From contig NZ_CP046580.1 of assembly GCF_013365495.1 (NCBI RefSeq), forward strand, positions 30,001 through 62,000: a DNA stretch of 32,000 nucleotides, written 5' to 3'. The DNA is from Candidatus Saccharimonadota bacterium. GTDB lineage: Bacteria > Pseudomonadota > Alphaproteobacteria > Rickettsiales > Anaplasmataceae. Shown piece after piece: positions 9,773 to 20,294 of this stretch (positions are counted from its first letter, which is position 1; each line of letters begins with the position of its first letter). The notes below the pieces were generated by a model. The model was given only the letters and a program-made list of their open reading frames with translations. It searched no databases and was not told the DNA's origin. A program made the translations under genes and the position numbers.

Positions 9773-11317
9773 TTAAAATATTATTTGATAACTGAAAAAA
9801 ATAATAAAAGTACATATAGCAGTAATAATTGGTGGTAAAACTAGAAAAATAGGTATCTTTTTAATGAAAAAATTTTTGGAGGAAGGTTTTGAGAAAAAAA
9901 CATTGTAAATTATTGGTAAAAAATACATGGCATTAAGTATGGTGCTTATAATTAATAAAAAAGTAATAAATATGGTAAGTAATATATTTCCAGAGTTGAA
10001 AACAGTTTGAAAGATAAAAAATTTACTCCAGAAAGTTGGAGTAGGGGGTATTCCTATCATAGATAATGCTCCTATGGTAAATGCTATCATAGTAATTGGC
10101 ATGCTTCGTCCTATACCATTAATTCTATTTACATATTTTTCGCCTGTTCCCATTATTATGTTACCTGCAACAAAAAATAAAGTAATTTTTGCAAATGCAT
10201 GAGAAACTAATTGAAAAATTGCAATTTTTATGCTGAAGTCGCTAAGAATTGAAGTGGATAATATAATATATGATGACTGAGAAATGGTAGAATAAGCAAG
10301 CAATTTTTTTAATTCTTTTTGCTTAAGTGCAATTACTGAAGCAGTAATAATTGTAAATCCAGCAACATAAGGTAACCATCCTCCAGCAAACCAGTTTTGT
10401 TGTGCAAAACGTTGCAGATTACTGATACCAAAAATGTATGATATAACTTTTATAATAATAAAAACTCCAGATTTCACAACAGCAACAGAATGTAATAGTG
10501 CACTTACAGGAGTCGGTGCAACCATTGCTTTGGGTAACCAAAAATGCATTGGCATTAATGTAGCTTTACCTATTCCATAAATCAGCAAGGCAAAACATAT
10601 TGCAGTGAAAGTTATAAGTGAAGTGTCAAATTTAAATATTCCATTGTTTGTAAAGTCTAAAGTATGAAATTTGCTGTATAATAAACCTAGAACTGGGAAA
10701 AATAGTATTAAGGAGGAAAAAAACAGCGTACCTAAATAATAGCGTCCCGCTACTATTGATTCATTTGTTGCATCGTATGTAATAAGAGGGTAAGTACTGA
10801 TAGTTAAGAGTTCATAGAAAATAAATGTAGTAAATAAATCGCCAGAAAAGGCAATAAACATTGTACAGCTGATTGATACTGAAAGAAAGCATAAGAAATT
10901 TGAGTGATTATTACCAGGATAGCTATTTTTCATGTAATATATTGTGTATATACTGGTTAATATCCACAAAAATGATATTAATAGACTAAATATTATTCCT
11001 GTAGACTCTAATTTTAAGCTAATGTGTAAATTTTTGCCAAAATCAATAAGGATAAACTGAGGATGATCGCTACATATCCAATATAAAGTGCATAGACATG
11101 TATATATAAATAGAAGCACGGAAGAGAGAATAGTAATGCTACTGCCTACTTTAGGCCATTTATCGGTAAAAAATATGATTACTCCACCAAGTAAAGGAAT
11201 TAGTACAGTAATTAACAGATAGTTTTCAGTAATAAAAAATGGTAAAGAAAGAAATATTAAAATATATTCTATTAAATGGTTCATTTTCTGCTTAAGTAAA
11301 GTCAAAATTATACTCAA
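9773..11317 (-). CDS. proton-conducting membrane transporter, NuoL/M/N - MrpA/D family (MrpD-like subunit)
   Basis: 514-aa polytopic ORF with the family core MPMHFWLPKAMVAPTPVSALLHSVAVVKSGVF and LAYSTISQSSYI. The track start at 11317 is a TTG. The in-frame ATG at 11284 (MNHLIEY...) is the more likely start. Confidence 0.75.
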   Translation of the reverse strand: MSIILTLLKQKMNHLIEYILIFLSLPFFITENYLLITVLIPLLGGVIIFFTDKWPKVGSSITILSSVLLFIYTCLCTLYWICSDHPQFILIDFGKNLHISLKLESTGIIFSLLISFLWILTSIYTIYYMKNSYPGNNHSNFLCFLSVSISCTMFIAFSGDLFTTFIFYELLTISTYPLITYDATNESIVAGRYYLGTLFFSSLILFFPVLGLLYSKFHTLDFTNNGIFKFDTSLITFTAICFALLIYGIGKATLMPMHFWLPKAMVAPTPVSALLHSVAVVKSGVFIIIKVISYIFGISNLQRFAQQNWFAGGWLPYVAGFTIITASVIALKQKELKKLLAYSTISQSSYIILSTSILSDFSIKIAIFQLVSHAFAKITLFFVAGNIIMGTGEKYVNRINGIGRSMPITMIAFTIGALSMIGIPPTPTFWSKFFIFQTVFNSGNILLTIFITFLLIISTILNAMYFLPIIYNVFFSKPSSKNFFIKKIPIFLVLPPIITAICTFIIFFSYQIIF

Positions 11318-11347
11318 ATTACAGAGAAGGTACCCACTTTTTTTTTG

Positions 11348-11363
11348 TAAATTAGTAATTTAA
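11348..11363. repeat. TAAATTAGTAATTTAA, a 15-bp palindrome centred on G11355; the identical 16-mer recurs at 24159-24174
   Basis: Read directly. The arms TAAATTA / TAATTTA flank a central G. It lies 31 nt upstream of the TTG at 11317 and 64 nt upstream of the ATG at 11284 of the MrpD-like gene. Confidence 0.5.
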
Positions 11364-12576
11364 TACATAAATATAGAAAATGTTTTTTTGTATCTCTATA
11401 TTTTTAGTAACTAGACCTAGACAAGTTTTTTTAGTCCTTTTATACATATATTTTAACATTGGATGTAAGTAAGCGAATAGTTATTCTGAGCAGCAGTATT
11501 ATTGTATAATTTTACTTTTATTTTCATTTCTTATCTGATTTAAAGAAACGAATAGTACTATGTATAATATTATGTTTAAATTTATGTTCTTTTGTTTAGC
11601 TATTTTTTTCTTAATTATTTTAAGATCTTAATCTTTTTTTGACTCAATATTAGTGCTTTAATCTTTCATTTGATGATATTAATTTTAATTAATGGTAAAT
11701 AATATTTATTACTCTTTGAGTATATAATTCTAAAAAAAACTTTAGTTATCGATCTATATTATAGGGATGAGTATTTAAGATATATATTTTTTTTGATTAG
11801 TGATAATTTTAGGGATATTTATTGTATTGATAGTGAAATACTATGCATGGTGTTTATAGTTTTATTTATGTTTTAAATTGTGATATATTTAAAAAAAATG
11901 TTTCTTTATTTTACCATGAAGAGTCATAATATTACTTGATTTTCTTTTTTTTTTATAATGTAAAAATCATAAATCTCTTAAAACTCTAAAACTGCACTAA
12001 TAAGTTCTAATACTTTTTTTTTTCTAGAAAATATCATTTTATTACTTTTCATTTTGTTTGATAGATGTCTGTGCATCTAAATTATTATTTTTTTAGAGAC
12101 TCAACTCTATTTTTTTTAGCATTTCTTTTTTGTTTTTGATTTGACAACCTTATCAGTTTTCCTTTATGGTTATTATATGTCATTAAATAATATTATTTTG
12201 TAATTAACTATATTTGTTTTTTTTATAATCATTTTAGTATTTAATATATAAACTTTTCTAATCTAACTTTGCTGTTCTTTGTTATAGGCTTTATTAACAA
12301 TGAGTACTTTAATTTCTTAGGACTTATTAAATGTAAAAATTAACTATACTCTCTATTTAGAGAAAGCTAGATAAATTTTTGCTGTTTTTCATAGCCCTTT
12401 TGGGTATTTAGTTTGTAAATGAGGAAATATTAACCTGATTAGGTTTGTTGAAACGTGGGATAGACAAGGATTTTAGTTCTTCTTTATCTTGGGATTTGTA
12501 TTATCTTGTAATTTTTAGATCTTTTTATATATAAGTTATCAGTTTTTCATCAAAAATTTTTTCTTCTTTAATATAG

Positions 12577-12608
12577 TAAAATAAATACTCTCCTATTTGT
12601 AGGAGGGT
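12577..12608 (-). terminator. candidate intrinsic terminator downstream of nuoE-tgt
   Basis: The most GC-rich hairpin in this spacer is at 12587-12608 (+ strand actctcct-atttgt-aggagggt). On the minus strand the core CTCCT/AGGAG, plus two outer pairs beyond an A-C mismatch, is followed by ATTTATTTTA. It sits about 200 nt after the tgt stop, so it is only a candidate. Confidence 0.3.
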
Positions 12609-12806
12609 ATATGTTAAATATTGATAAAACATCGTTCTTCTAGAATATTTTTTTTAACTTAAATTTTAAGTAAAAGGTAAAGCTTAATACTGTTAATTAG
12701 GACTATTGCATATATTTTAAAATTCGAGTTAAAAGACAATGAAAAAAAGTTAGTAGTAAAGATACTTTGTAAAAAATAAGATACAGTAATGATGATATAG
12801 TTTTTT

Positions 12807-13994
12807 TTACTCACTAATCCAGTTACTTTTTTCTTTGTTTAGTTTATTATTTAATATTGCCTGTCTTATAGATTTCATTAGTTCATTCATAAAAAAGACG
12901 TTATGAACGGTGATAAGAGTGTAGGCTAATAATTCTTTAGCCTTTAATAAATGATGTATATAAGCTTTTGAATGTTTTTTACAGGTAAAACATAAACAGT
13001 TAATTTCAATTGGGGTGTTATCTAATGCGAATTGTCGATTTCGTAAATTAATGTGCTCTTTATGTTTTGAAGCAATAGAGTTTTTATTTTTAACTTTAAC
13101 AAGTGCGGCACCATGCCTTGCTAAACGAGTAGGATAAACACAGTCGAATGTATCAATTCCAAACTCTACTGTGCGAAAGATATCCACGATTCCACCAATA
13201 CCAAGCAAATGGGTAGGTCTAGTTCTCTTTAGATGTTTCATAGTAGAAAAAATTGTATCATACATCTGCTCTTTACTTTGACCTAAAGATCCTCCTATTG
13301 CTTGACCAAAAAATGGCAAATCATTAATAAAATCACAACTTTCTCTACGTAAGTCTTGATATATTCCACCTTGACTAATTCCATATAATACTTGTTTATC
13401 ATCGTTCTTTTTTTCAAACTCATTTAAAGAACGTTTAGCCCATTTATGACTCATGAGCATTGATTTTTGTGTATATTCTTTGCTAACATGAAATGGTGTA
13501 CATTCATCCAATACTAAGATTAAATCTGCCCCTAGTTTTTGTTGAATTTGCATAGATTTTTCAGGAGTAAGGCAGTAAATTTTGCCATTGATGTAAGAAC
13601 GAAAAATTGCTCCATCCTCGTTAATTTTAACTAAAGTTTTTTGTTTTTTTCTTATTCCTTTTATTTCTTCTGAAACTGATCCATGTCCCAAGCTAAATAT
13701 CTGATATCCACCAGAATCAGTCAGTATTGGTCCTTTCCATCCTATCATTTTGTGTAACCCCCCAAGTTTTTCTACAGTATCTTCTCCAGGTTGAAGCATT
13801 AAGTGATAGGTATTGGACAGTATTGCTTGAGTACCAGCTTCACTGATTCTGCCAATATCTGCAACTTTAATTGCGGCTTTTGTTGCACAAAATATAAATG
13901 CTGGTGTTTCTATATTTCCACTTGGAGTTTTAATAATTCCAACTCTTGCATGGCCTGACTGCTTGGTTATTTTAAATGAAAACTTCTTTTCCAT
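12807..13994 (-). CDS. tgt: queuine tRNA-ribosyltransferase
   Basis: 395-aa ORF. Motifs are TPAFIFCATKAA, LSNTYHLMLQPG, GPILTDSGGYQIFSL, LVLDECTP, and a Zn-site-like CLCFTCKKHSKAYIHHL. Its ATG (13994-13992) directly abuts the nuoE TAG (13997-13995). Confidence 0.93.
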   Translation of the reverse strand: MEKKFSFKITKQSGHARVGIIKTPSGNIETPAFIFCATKAAIKVADIGRISEAGTQAILSNTYHLMLQPGEDTVEKLGGLHKMIGWKGPILTDSGGYQIFSLGHGSVSEEIKGIRKKQKTLVKINEDGAIFRSYINGKIYCLTPEKSMQIQQKLGADLILVLDECTPFHVSKEYTQKSMLMSHKWAKRSLNEFEKKNDDKQVLYGISQGGIYQDLRRESCDFINDLPFFGQAIGGSLGQSKEQMYDTIFSTMKHLKRTRPTHLLGIGGIVDIFRTVEFGIDTFDCVYPTRLARHGAALVKVKNKNSIASKHKEHINLRNRQFALDNTPIEINCLCFTCKKHSKAYIHHLLKAKELLAYTLITVHNVFFMNELMKSIRQAILNNKLNKEKSNWISE

Positions 13995-14495
13995 CTATTT
14001 GTTTGAAAGTTTTGTTATGATGTTTTCTACCTTTTGAGGAGTAAGATTTTCATAAAAATCATTATTAATTTTTATAACAGGAGCACTAATACATGCACCA
14101 AGACATTCAACTTCTTTTAAGGTGAATAGATTGTCTTTAGTAGTTTCATCAATACTTATTCTAAGTTTTTTTTTAAAAGTGTTTAAAATTTCTTCGCTAT
14201 TACATAACCAGCAGGGGGTTGTTCTGCAAATTTGTACTAGGTATTTGCCTACTGGTTTTAAATTATACATAGTGTAAAAATTTGCTACCTCATATACATG
14301 GATATGTGGAATATAAAGCATATCGGCAATATAACACATGGCAGGTTTAGAAATCCATCCGCATTGTTCTTGAACTAGATATAGTAAAGGCATAACAGCA
14401 CTTCTCTTTTTGCCTTTTGGACACATTTTTATAAGTTTTTTTGCTTTTTTGAGATTTTTTAATGTGAAACTAAACTGTTCTTCTTTTTCTTTCAT
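13995..14495 (-). CDS. nuoE: NADH-quinone oxidoreductase subunit E (24 kDa subunit)
   Basis: 166-aa ORF with an ATG start. It has the NuoE 2Fe-2S cysteine pattern VQICRTTPCWLC...VECLGACISAP and the upstream SAVMPLLYLVQEQCGWI. No other nuo gene is in the window. Confidence 0.9.
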   Translation of the reverse strand: MKEKEEQFSFTLKNLKKAKKLIKMCPKGKKRSAVMPLLYLVQEQCGWISKPAMCYIADMLYIPHIHVYEVANFYTMYNLKPVGKYLVQICRTTPCWLCNSEEILNTFKKKLRISIDETTKDNLFTLKEVECLGACISAPVIKINNDFYENLTPQKVENIITKLSNK

Positions 14496-14851
14496 CTTAT
14501 ATATGATTATGTAAGTCTAAAACAAATTATACTTAAATGATCAATAATTGCAATTAAAGTGTTTAAGTGATAAAAAGTAAATAACTAACTTCATGTTAAA
14601 GTAGTGGTTATTCATTAGTCTTAATGATACTCTATGATACTGTCTTTAATGTTTTACAATAATATTGTCTATTTTGGTATATATAAAATTAAAATGAGTA
14701 AAATATAAGATTCATTATAAAAAATGAATAATATTAATTACAATACTTTTTTTGATTTGTATAGATAAATATAATTAAATATTTTCATTATATAATAATG
14801 AACAGCAAGAAATGTGCTGAAAGTTTTATGAGTTTTCTTTAAAAGAAAAAT

Positions 14852-16147
14852 CTAAGTATTTTTGCCTTTAAGCAGGGACTGAAGTACAACTGTTACAAAT
14901 AATATTCCACTAATAACTGATACAACTCCACCTATAATAAAGCATGCACATGCTAGTATTGATGATACACTTGGTAAATTTGCAATTTTTCTTAAGGTAT
15001 TATATTCCCCAAGCCAAACAAGGCCGGTAATGTGAAGGAAATGTCCAAAACTATAGGAATAAATCTGTAATTTTGTTACGGAACTTTTTATCCCTTTACA
15101 GTTTAGTTTTGGTAATAGCCAATAAATAAAATTCATAAAAGCTATAGTGATACCGATTACAGAACCATGGTAATGAGCAGGAATGGTAACATTTTCTTTA
15201 ATAGTGAAGAATCCAAGTATACCTCCATAAGTGAATAATATGAATGAATGTAATAAGTAATGATTGTTTTTGTTGCTGAGTAAGTTTTTTATATTGTAAT
15301 ATACTAATTTTATTAAAAAGCATGATAAAATTGCTCCAGCAGTTCTCATATACCAAGTAAAAAAGTACATTAACTCAGTACTCTCTACTGAGTAAATAAA
15401 GTATATGAATGGTGCACATGCTGCCATAATCATGTTTATAAATAATGGTAAAGTAGAAATTTTGTTGTTTAAAGTCGGACCTGTACTGGAGAAATTTAAC
15501 ATGATTAGATAAACTAAAAACATCCCTTGAGCAAAAGCAAATTGCAGTAAATGTCCTCCTCCCCAAAAAATATGTTCATAAAATAAATTTTTATCTGAAT
15601 AGTATAATATTTTAGGTATTCTTTTATAAGCTAGGACAAAGCAAAAAAATGATGATGCAAGTATAATAATTAGTCCAATTTGTCCAATAAAAAGGTAAGA
15701 GTTCTGTTTATTTAACAGACAAGTGAAGGTTGCATTTATCAATATGATAATAATAAACGAACTAAGTCCAAATAAAAATAGTTTGTTCTGTAATACAGGA
15801 ATATAGTTACTTTTAATAACTTCAGTGTCTGGAACAAATGTGGATATAAATATCAAAAACATAGAAAAGGTTGAGAGAGCCCATAAAAAGTTAAGCCAAT
15901 TGTTAATGTTTTGTAGATTTATAATAAAGAGTAAAGATATTATAGAGCACATCCACACTAAAATCGATAAGTTTACATGTATCACTAGTGCATTATCAAA
16001 GATATATTGTGCAGAGGAAATCAGAGAAGAAATAAGAGGTAATCGTAGAAAGACAATAATTATTGATAGCAATCCAGAGCAAGCAAGAGCACATACTGCC
16101 AAAAATATCCATAGTTTGCAAAGCAGAATATTATTTTGTATAAGCAT
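14852..16147 (-). CDS. polytopic (about 12 TM) membrane protein with heme-copper oxidase subunit I-like histidine motifs; function unknown
   Basis: 431-aa hydrophobic ORF with an ATG start. It has His57 in a TM helix (NALVIHVNLSILVW), FWGGGH199LLQF resembling the helix VI W..GH CuB motif, and PAH325YH327G resembling the helix X H.H heme-ligand motif. No adjacent HH pair occurs where helix VII would be. Motif-level resemblance only. Confidence 0.5.
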   Translation of the reverse strand: MLIQNNILLCKLWIFLAVCALACSGLLSIIIVFLRLPLISSLISSAQYIFDNALVIHVNLSILVWMCSIISLLFIINLQNINNWLNFLWALSTFSMFLIFISTFVPDTEVIKSNYIPVLQNKLFLFGLSSFIIIILINATFTCLLNKQNSYLFIGQIGLIIILASSFFCFVLAYKRIPKILYYSDKNLFYEHIFWGGGHLLQFAFAQGMFLVYLIMLNFSSTGPTLNNKISTLPLFINMIMAACAPFIYFIYSVESTELMYFFTWYMRTAGAILSCFLIKLVYYNIKNLLSNKNNHYLLHSFILFTYGGILGFFTIKENVTIPAHYHGSVIGITIAFMNFIYWLLPKLNCKGIKSSVTKLQIYSYSFGHFLHITGLVWLGEYNTLRKIANLPSVSSILACACFIIGGVVSVISGILFVTVVLQSLLKGKNT

Positions 16148-17049
16148 AGTTATTTTTCTTGATTATATTGATTAATATAGAATAACTTTTTTTTAAAAAT
16201 TAATAATTAGTATAAACTATATGTTAGTTTATTTTACTAATAATTTAAGTCAAATATAAATGAGTACCGTAATAAAGTAGTTATGCATTTTATATACTGT
16301 TTAAGTATATTATTTTTAATATTAAGATATTAAATTAATATTTAGGTGATATTGTAAGTTATTAATATTTTTTAAAGTTCATACTTTAAATAATAGAGAC
16401 TATTGTAAATAGTGTTGTAACGTAGTAGAAAAAGGTAATTTTTTTCTTAAAAATGTAGTAACTTCTGTTATATACTATTACTAGTAGAGTTTACTTGTGT
16501 TCATTGAGAAGTTGCAATTATTTTTTTAAAACTAAAGTGGTTTTAACCTTTTAAGATATTATTGAATCGGGAACTATATATATAATAGCGCTATTAAAAT
16601 AACTTTTTTTCAGCTCTACTAATGGATTAGTGTTAAATGAGTATATTGAAGTATAGTCTAAATTCTAATTGATATATTTTATGAATCATAATGCAGAAAT
16701 AAATTTTTGTAAGTAAATATTAGTTCAATTTTGTTAGTATTAACTTTATTAGCGTTATTTATTCTATTTATTTTTTCCATAAGGAAAAAATCATTTTAAT
16801 TGTAGGGTAAAGTTTCAGTATTTAAAAAAATAGCTATAGTTATCGAATATTATTCTATGGTGTTTATACAAATAAATACCTAAACTATTTTTATTAGTGA
16901 TAGCAAGTATTATGTGACAAAAAAGGATTTTTGAGATTATATTATGAGTTTTTGTGTTTTTTATGTTTTTTTTATAAGATTAAACAAATATTTAATTTAT
17001 GCTTCTTAATTTTAAAGAAAGAGTGCTAGAGTTATTACTAGTTTTTATT

Positions 17050-17083
17050 CTATTATATTGCTATTATATTTTGCTATTATATT
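17050..17083. repeat. microsatellite-like triple repeat of CTATTATATT (periods 11 and 13 nt)
   Basis: Copies lie at 17050-17059, 17061-17070 and 17074-17083 (ctattatatt g ctattatatt ttg ctattatatt). Confidence 0.7.
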
Positions 17084-18332
17084 TATGAGTTGGTTACCTT
17101 TTAAGTAAGAAAACTAGTCGTAGTTTGAAATCAATGTGTCTCTTCATAAAATTTAGGATTAGAGTAAAAAAAAAGTTATAGATTTAATTATTAGAAAGGC
17201 GAATTATTCTAAGAGAGTTTATTTTTATGTAATGATATGGGATGGATAATGTTTAGAATGATTGATGCCTAATTTAGGTAGTTGAAAAGTAAAATTGAAT
17301 TTACTTACTTGGGAGAGATAAATCATGTTTGTAAACTTAATTTTTATGGGTTAGTTTTTGAAGTTTAGTTAATTTTAATTAATTTTAAGATATTTCAATA
17401 AATATTTATACTATATAAAGTATTTTCTATATTGAAGAGAAAAATTTATAAAATACACCCTTTTTGTAAAATTTTGAGAAAATGTTCATTTAAAAAAATC
17501 GACTAGTAGTTGATAAATGTGGAAATTATAGATGTTCATATTTACAAATTTATTTTAAAATTAAGAATTTTCATATTTAGATCTCTTATGGAGAAAAGTA
17601 TAGATTTATTTTTAATAAAATAGAGATAATAGATTGTGATTTAGGGACGATCTATATTAACTCTGATTAGTAATAACGTCATATTAATTTTGTTAACTTA
17701 ATTAATATTTAAAAGTTTTTGTGCAGTATAATAGATAAAATTGAGTTACATTACATGTTTTACTATGTTTTGCTATGGGTTGTATTTTAGTTCTAATAGT
17801 ATAGAAATATGAAGGATTATTAGAGAATAGTATGCCACAGGAATTTTTTTTGGTCGAAGATAAAATACATAAAACTTAATGGCAATAGAGTGAACAAGTT
17901 GGTTAAGTTTTTTTTAATGAGAAGAAAAATGGGAGGGATATTTGGTTAAGAATATGCTAAAGTAACTTAGTGTAATAGAATGGATATTATATTAAAAGTG
18001 TCTATATTTTATAAATTGTATAATAAATTTGTTAAATAAAATATACTAAATATAATCTGCACCTACATAAAAAAGTTTATTTTTTAAATAAATATTAGAG
18101 CTTTAAGATTAAACATGGTAAAGTTGAAATTTTTTAAAAAATATACATTATTGTTAATATTATTAAAATCAATGTTTTTATAATTCTTTAAAATTTTGTG
18201 GTCTAAGCCCTTGCTGTATACTAAAAATAGCAGAAATATTTATGACGGGCTTTATTGAAGATGAAAAAATAAGATTTTTTAATGAGTTTTTAGAGTGAGT
18301 ATTTACTTATCTTAATTATATTTCTTCTATTG

Positions 18333-18354
18333 AAAAAGATGCTTATAGCAGCAT
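18333..18354 (-). terminator. candidate intrinsic terminator of tpiA-ispDF
   Basis: The minus strand immediately after the ispDF TAA reads ATGCT-GCTATA-AGCAT followed by CTTTTTC. This is a 5-bp stem, a 6-nt loop and a U5 tail. The stem is weak. Confidence 0.3.
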
Positions 18355-19565
18355 TAGGAAAAATTAGTGCAAGACGTTAACTTGTATAATAATACAGAAG
18401 CATGTGCTGCTATTCCTTTTCTTCTTCCAATCGAACCTAATTTTTCTGCAGTGGTTGCTTTAATATTTACAAATTCATCATCAATTTCTAGCATTTTTGA
18501 TATAAACTGCTTCATTTTTGTTTTGCAAGGTGATATTTTAGGCTCTTCACAAATTATAGTGATATCTAAATTAGATACACGATATCCTTTTTTTTTAGCT
18601 TTTGTAGCAGCAAAGCTTAGAAAATAAGATGAGTTATAATCTTTCCAATCAGGAGAGTTAGATGGAAAATATTTTCCTATATCATCACATCCTAGTGCTC
18701 CTAGTATCGCATCAACAATTGCGTGTGTTGCCACATCACCATCGGAATTTGCTTCTATTGCCATGTTATGCTCAATTTCTACTCCACAAATTCTAATAAA
18801 ATTCTTAGTATTATCTTGAGCTTTAACAAACTTATGTATATCGTAGCCTATTCCAATACGATATTTTGGTTCTTCAAGAAGAAAATTTGCCATATAAATA
18901 TCTTCTTTTGTAGTTAACTTGAAATTATTTTTTTCGCCATTAATAATGGCAACACATTTTTTGTATTCTAGCATAAGTGATGAATCATCTGAAAATTTTT
19001 TGTTTGACTGATGGCACGATAATAATTCCTTAAAATTAAAGATTTGAGGAGTCTGTATAGTTCTGAGCCTTTCTCTTGAAATTGTAGATTCAATGTAATC
19101 ATTATTTACTATCAACATAGTATTTTCAATTTTTGTTGCTGGTACTACTCCAGCGTATTGGCCATTTATCATAAACTGAGTCAAATTATTTATTAAAGCA
19201 TTTGATACAAAGGGCCTACACGCATCATGTATAATGACAAAATCTGGATTTATTTCTTGCAAACTTTCAAGTCCTAATTTAACTGAGTTTTGCCTAATTT
19301 CTCCTCCGTATACTGGATTTAGTAATTTAGTATCTATAATTGATGATATAGCTTCTTTATAGAAATTTTCATGACTTTTATTAATGACTACTCTTACATA
19401 ATCTATATATTGATTAGCTAAAAGCTTTCTCACTGTATGAAATAAAACAGGTTTACCTGCCAGCTTTATATATTGTTTAGAGATTATACTACTACACCTA
19501 CTGCCTATTCCTGCTGCAGCTATTAATGCTATTATTTTATACCTTTTTAATTTATTAATATGCAT
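18354..19565 (-). CDS. ispDF: bifunctional 2-C-methyl-D-erythritol 4-phosphate cytidylyltransferase / 2-C-methyl-D-erythritol 2,4-cyclodiphosphate synthase
   Basis: 403-aa ORF with an ATG start. The N-terminal IspD half has IALIAAAGIGSRCSS and VIIHDACRPF. The C-terminal IspF half has RIGIGYDIHKF, SDGDVATHAIVDAILGA and DIGKYFP. Confidence 0.93.
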   Translation of the reverse strand: MHINKLKRYKIIALIAAAGIGSRCSSIISKQYIKLAGKPVLFHTVRKLLANQYIDYVRVVINKSHENFYKEAISSIIDTKLLNPVYGGEIRQNSVKLGLESLQEINPDFVIIHDACRPFVSNALINNLTQFMINGQYAGVVPATKIENTMLIVNNDYIESTISRERLRTIQTPQIFNFKELLSCHQSNKKFSDDSSLMLEYKKCVAIINGEKNNFKLTTKEDIYMANFLLEEPKYRIGIGYDIHKFVKAQDNTKNFIRICGVEIEHNMAIEANSDGDVATHAIVDAILGALGCDDIGKYFPSNSPDWKDYNSSYFLSFAATKAKKKGYRVSNLDITIICEEPKISPCKTKMKQFISKMLEIDDEFVNIKATTAEKLGSIGRRKGIAAHASVLLYKLTSCTNFS

Positions 19566-19583
19566 ACAGATTTTAGTGACTGC

Positions 19584-20294
19584 TCAGGTTTGATAGATTT
19601 CTTCAACCTGTTTTACAATTTTATAAAAGTGATTAAAATTTAGGCTTGCACTACCAATTAAAAATCCTGATAAATCTGAGGTATCACGTAAACTTTCTAT
19701 ATTTTTTGAACTAACTGAACCACCATATATAATTTGTTTTTTACCAATATATAATTTTATTATCTTTATTATTTCAACAAGTGTATCACTACTTGGTAAA
19801 TATCCTGTACCTATTGCCCATACAGGTTCATACGCTACGGTATATTCACCATATATTGGTAATAAGCGGTTCTTGCATTGATGTTCTATTATTTTTTTTG
19901 TTTTTCCACTTTTGTAATCTTCTGCATTTTCACCTATACAAATAATTGGATGTAGACCAGATTTTATTGCTGCTTCTGATTTAAGTTTTATTTCATTATC
20001 TGTTTCGTTGATTCTTTCAGAGTGTCCGAGTATTACGTAAGTGCACCCTAATTCTTTTAGCATTTTTGCACTAACTTCGCCTGTATAAGATCCATATTTT
20101 TTATAATGACAATTTTGTGCTCCTATACTAATGTTATTGTTTAGTTTTATATTATCTGGTAATGATGTAAAGGGTGGACAAATCACGATTCTAGAACTAA
20201 ATTCATTACTTTTTTTATTAAGTTTATTTATAAAGTCAATAAGAAAAGATCGAGTTCCGTTCATTTTCCAATTTGCTACAATTAAAAAGGACAT
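19584..20294 (-). CDS. tpiA: triosephosphate isomerase
   Basis: 236-aa ORF with an ATG start. Motifs are [31 protein letters not shown] and YGGSV. It ends 18 nt upstream of ispDF. Confidence 0.93.
   Translation of the reverse strand: MSFLIVANWKMNGTRSFLIDFINKLNKKSNEFSSRIVICPPFTSLPDNIKLNNNISIGAQNCHYKKYGSYTGEVSAKMLKELGCTYVILGHSERINETDNEIKLKSEAAIKSGLHPIICIGENAEDYKSGKTKKIIEHQCKNRLLPIYGEYTVAYEPVWAIGTGYLPSSDTLVEIIKIIKLYIGKKQIIYGGSVSSKNIESLRDTSDLSGFLIGSASLNFNHFYKIVKQVEEIYQT

Noticed and set aside
10960-10968. DnaA-box-like ATATCCACA (8 of 9 matches to TTATCCACA).
   Set aside because: It is a single imperfect copy inside the MrpD-like CDS. There is no cluster of boxes and no dnaA/dnaN or hemE context that would suggest an origin.
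15375-16175. Track ORFs 15375-15566(-) and 15825-16175(+) overlap the 12-TM gene.
   Set aside because: They are nested alternative-frame or antisense ORFs with no motifs. The 431-aa frame explains the region.
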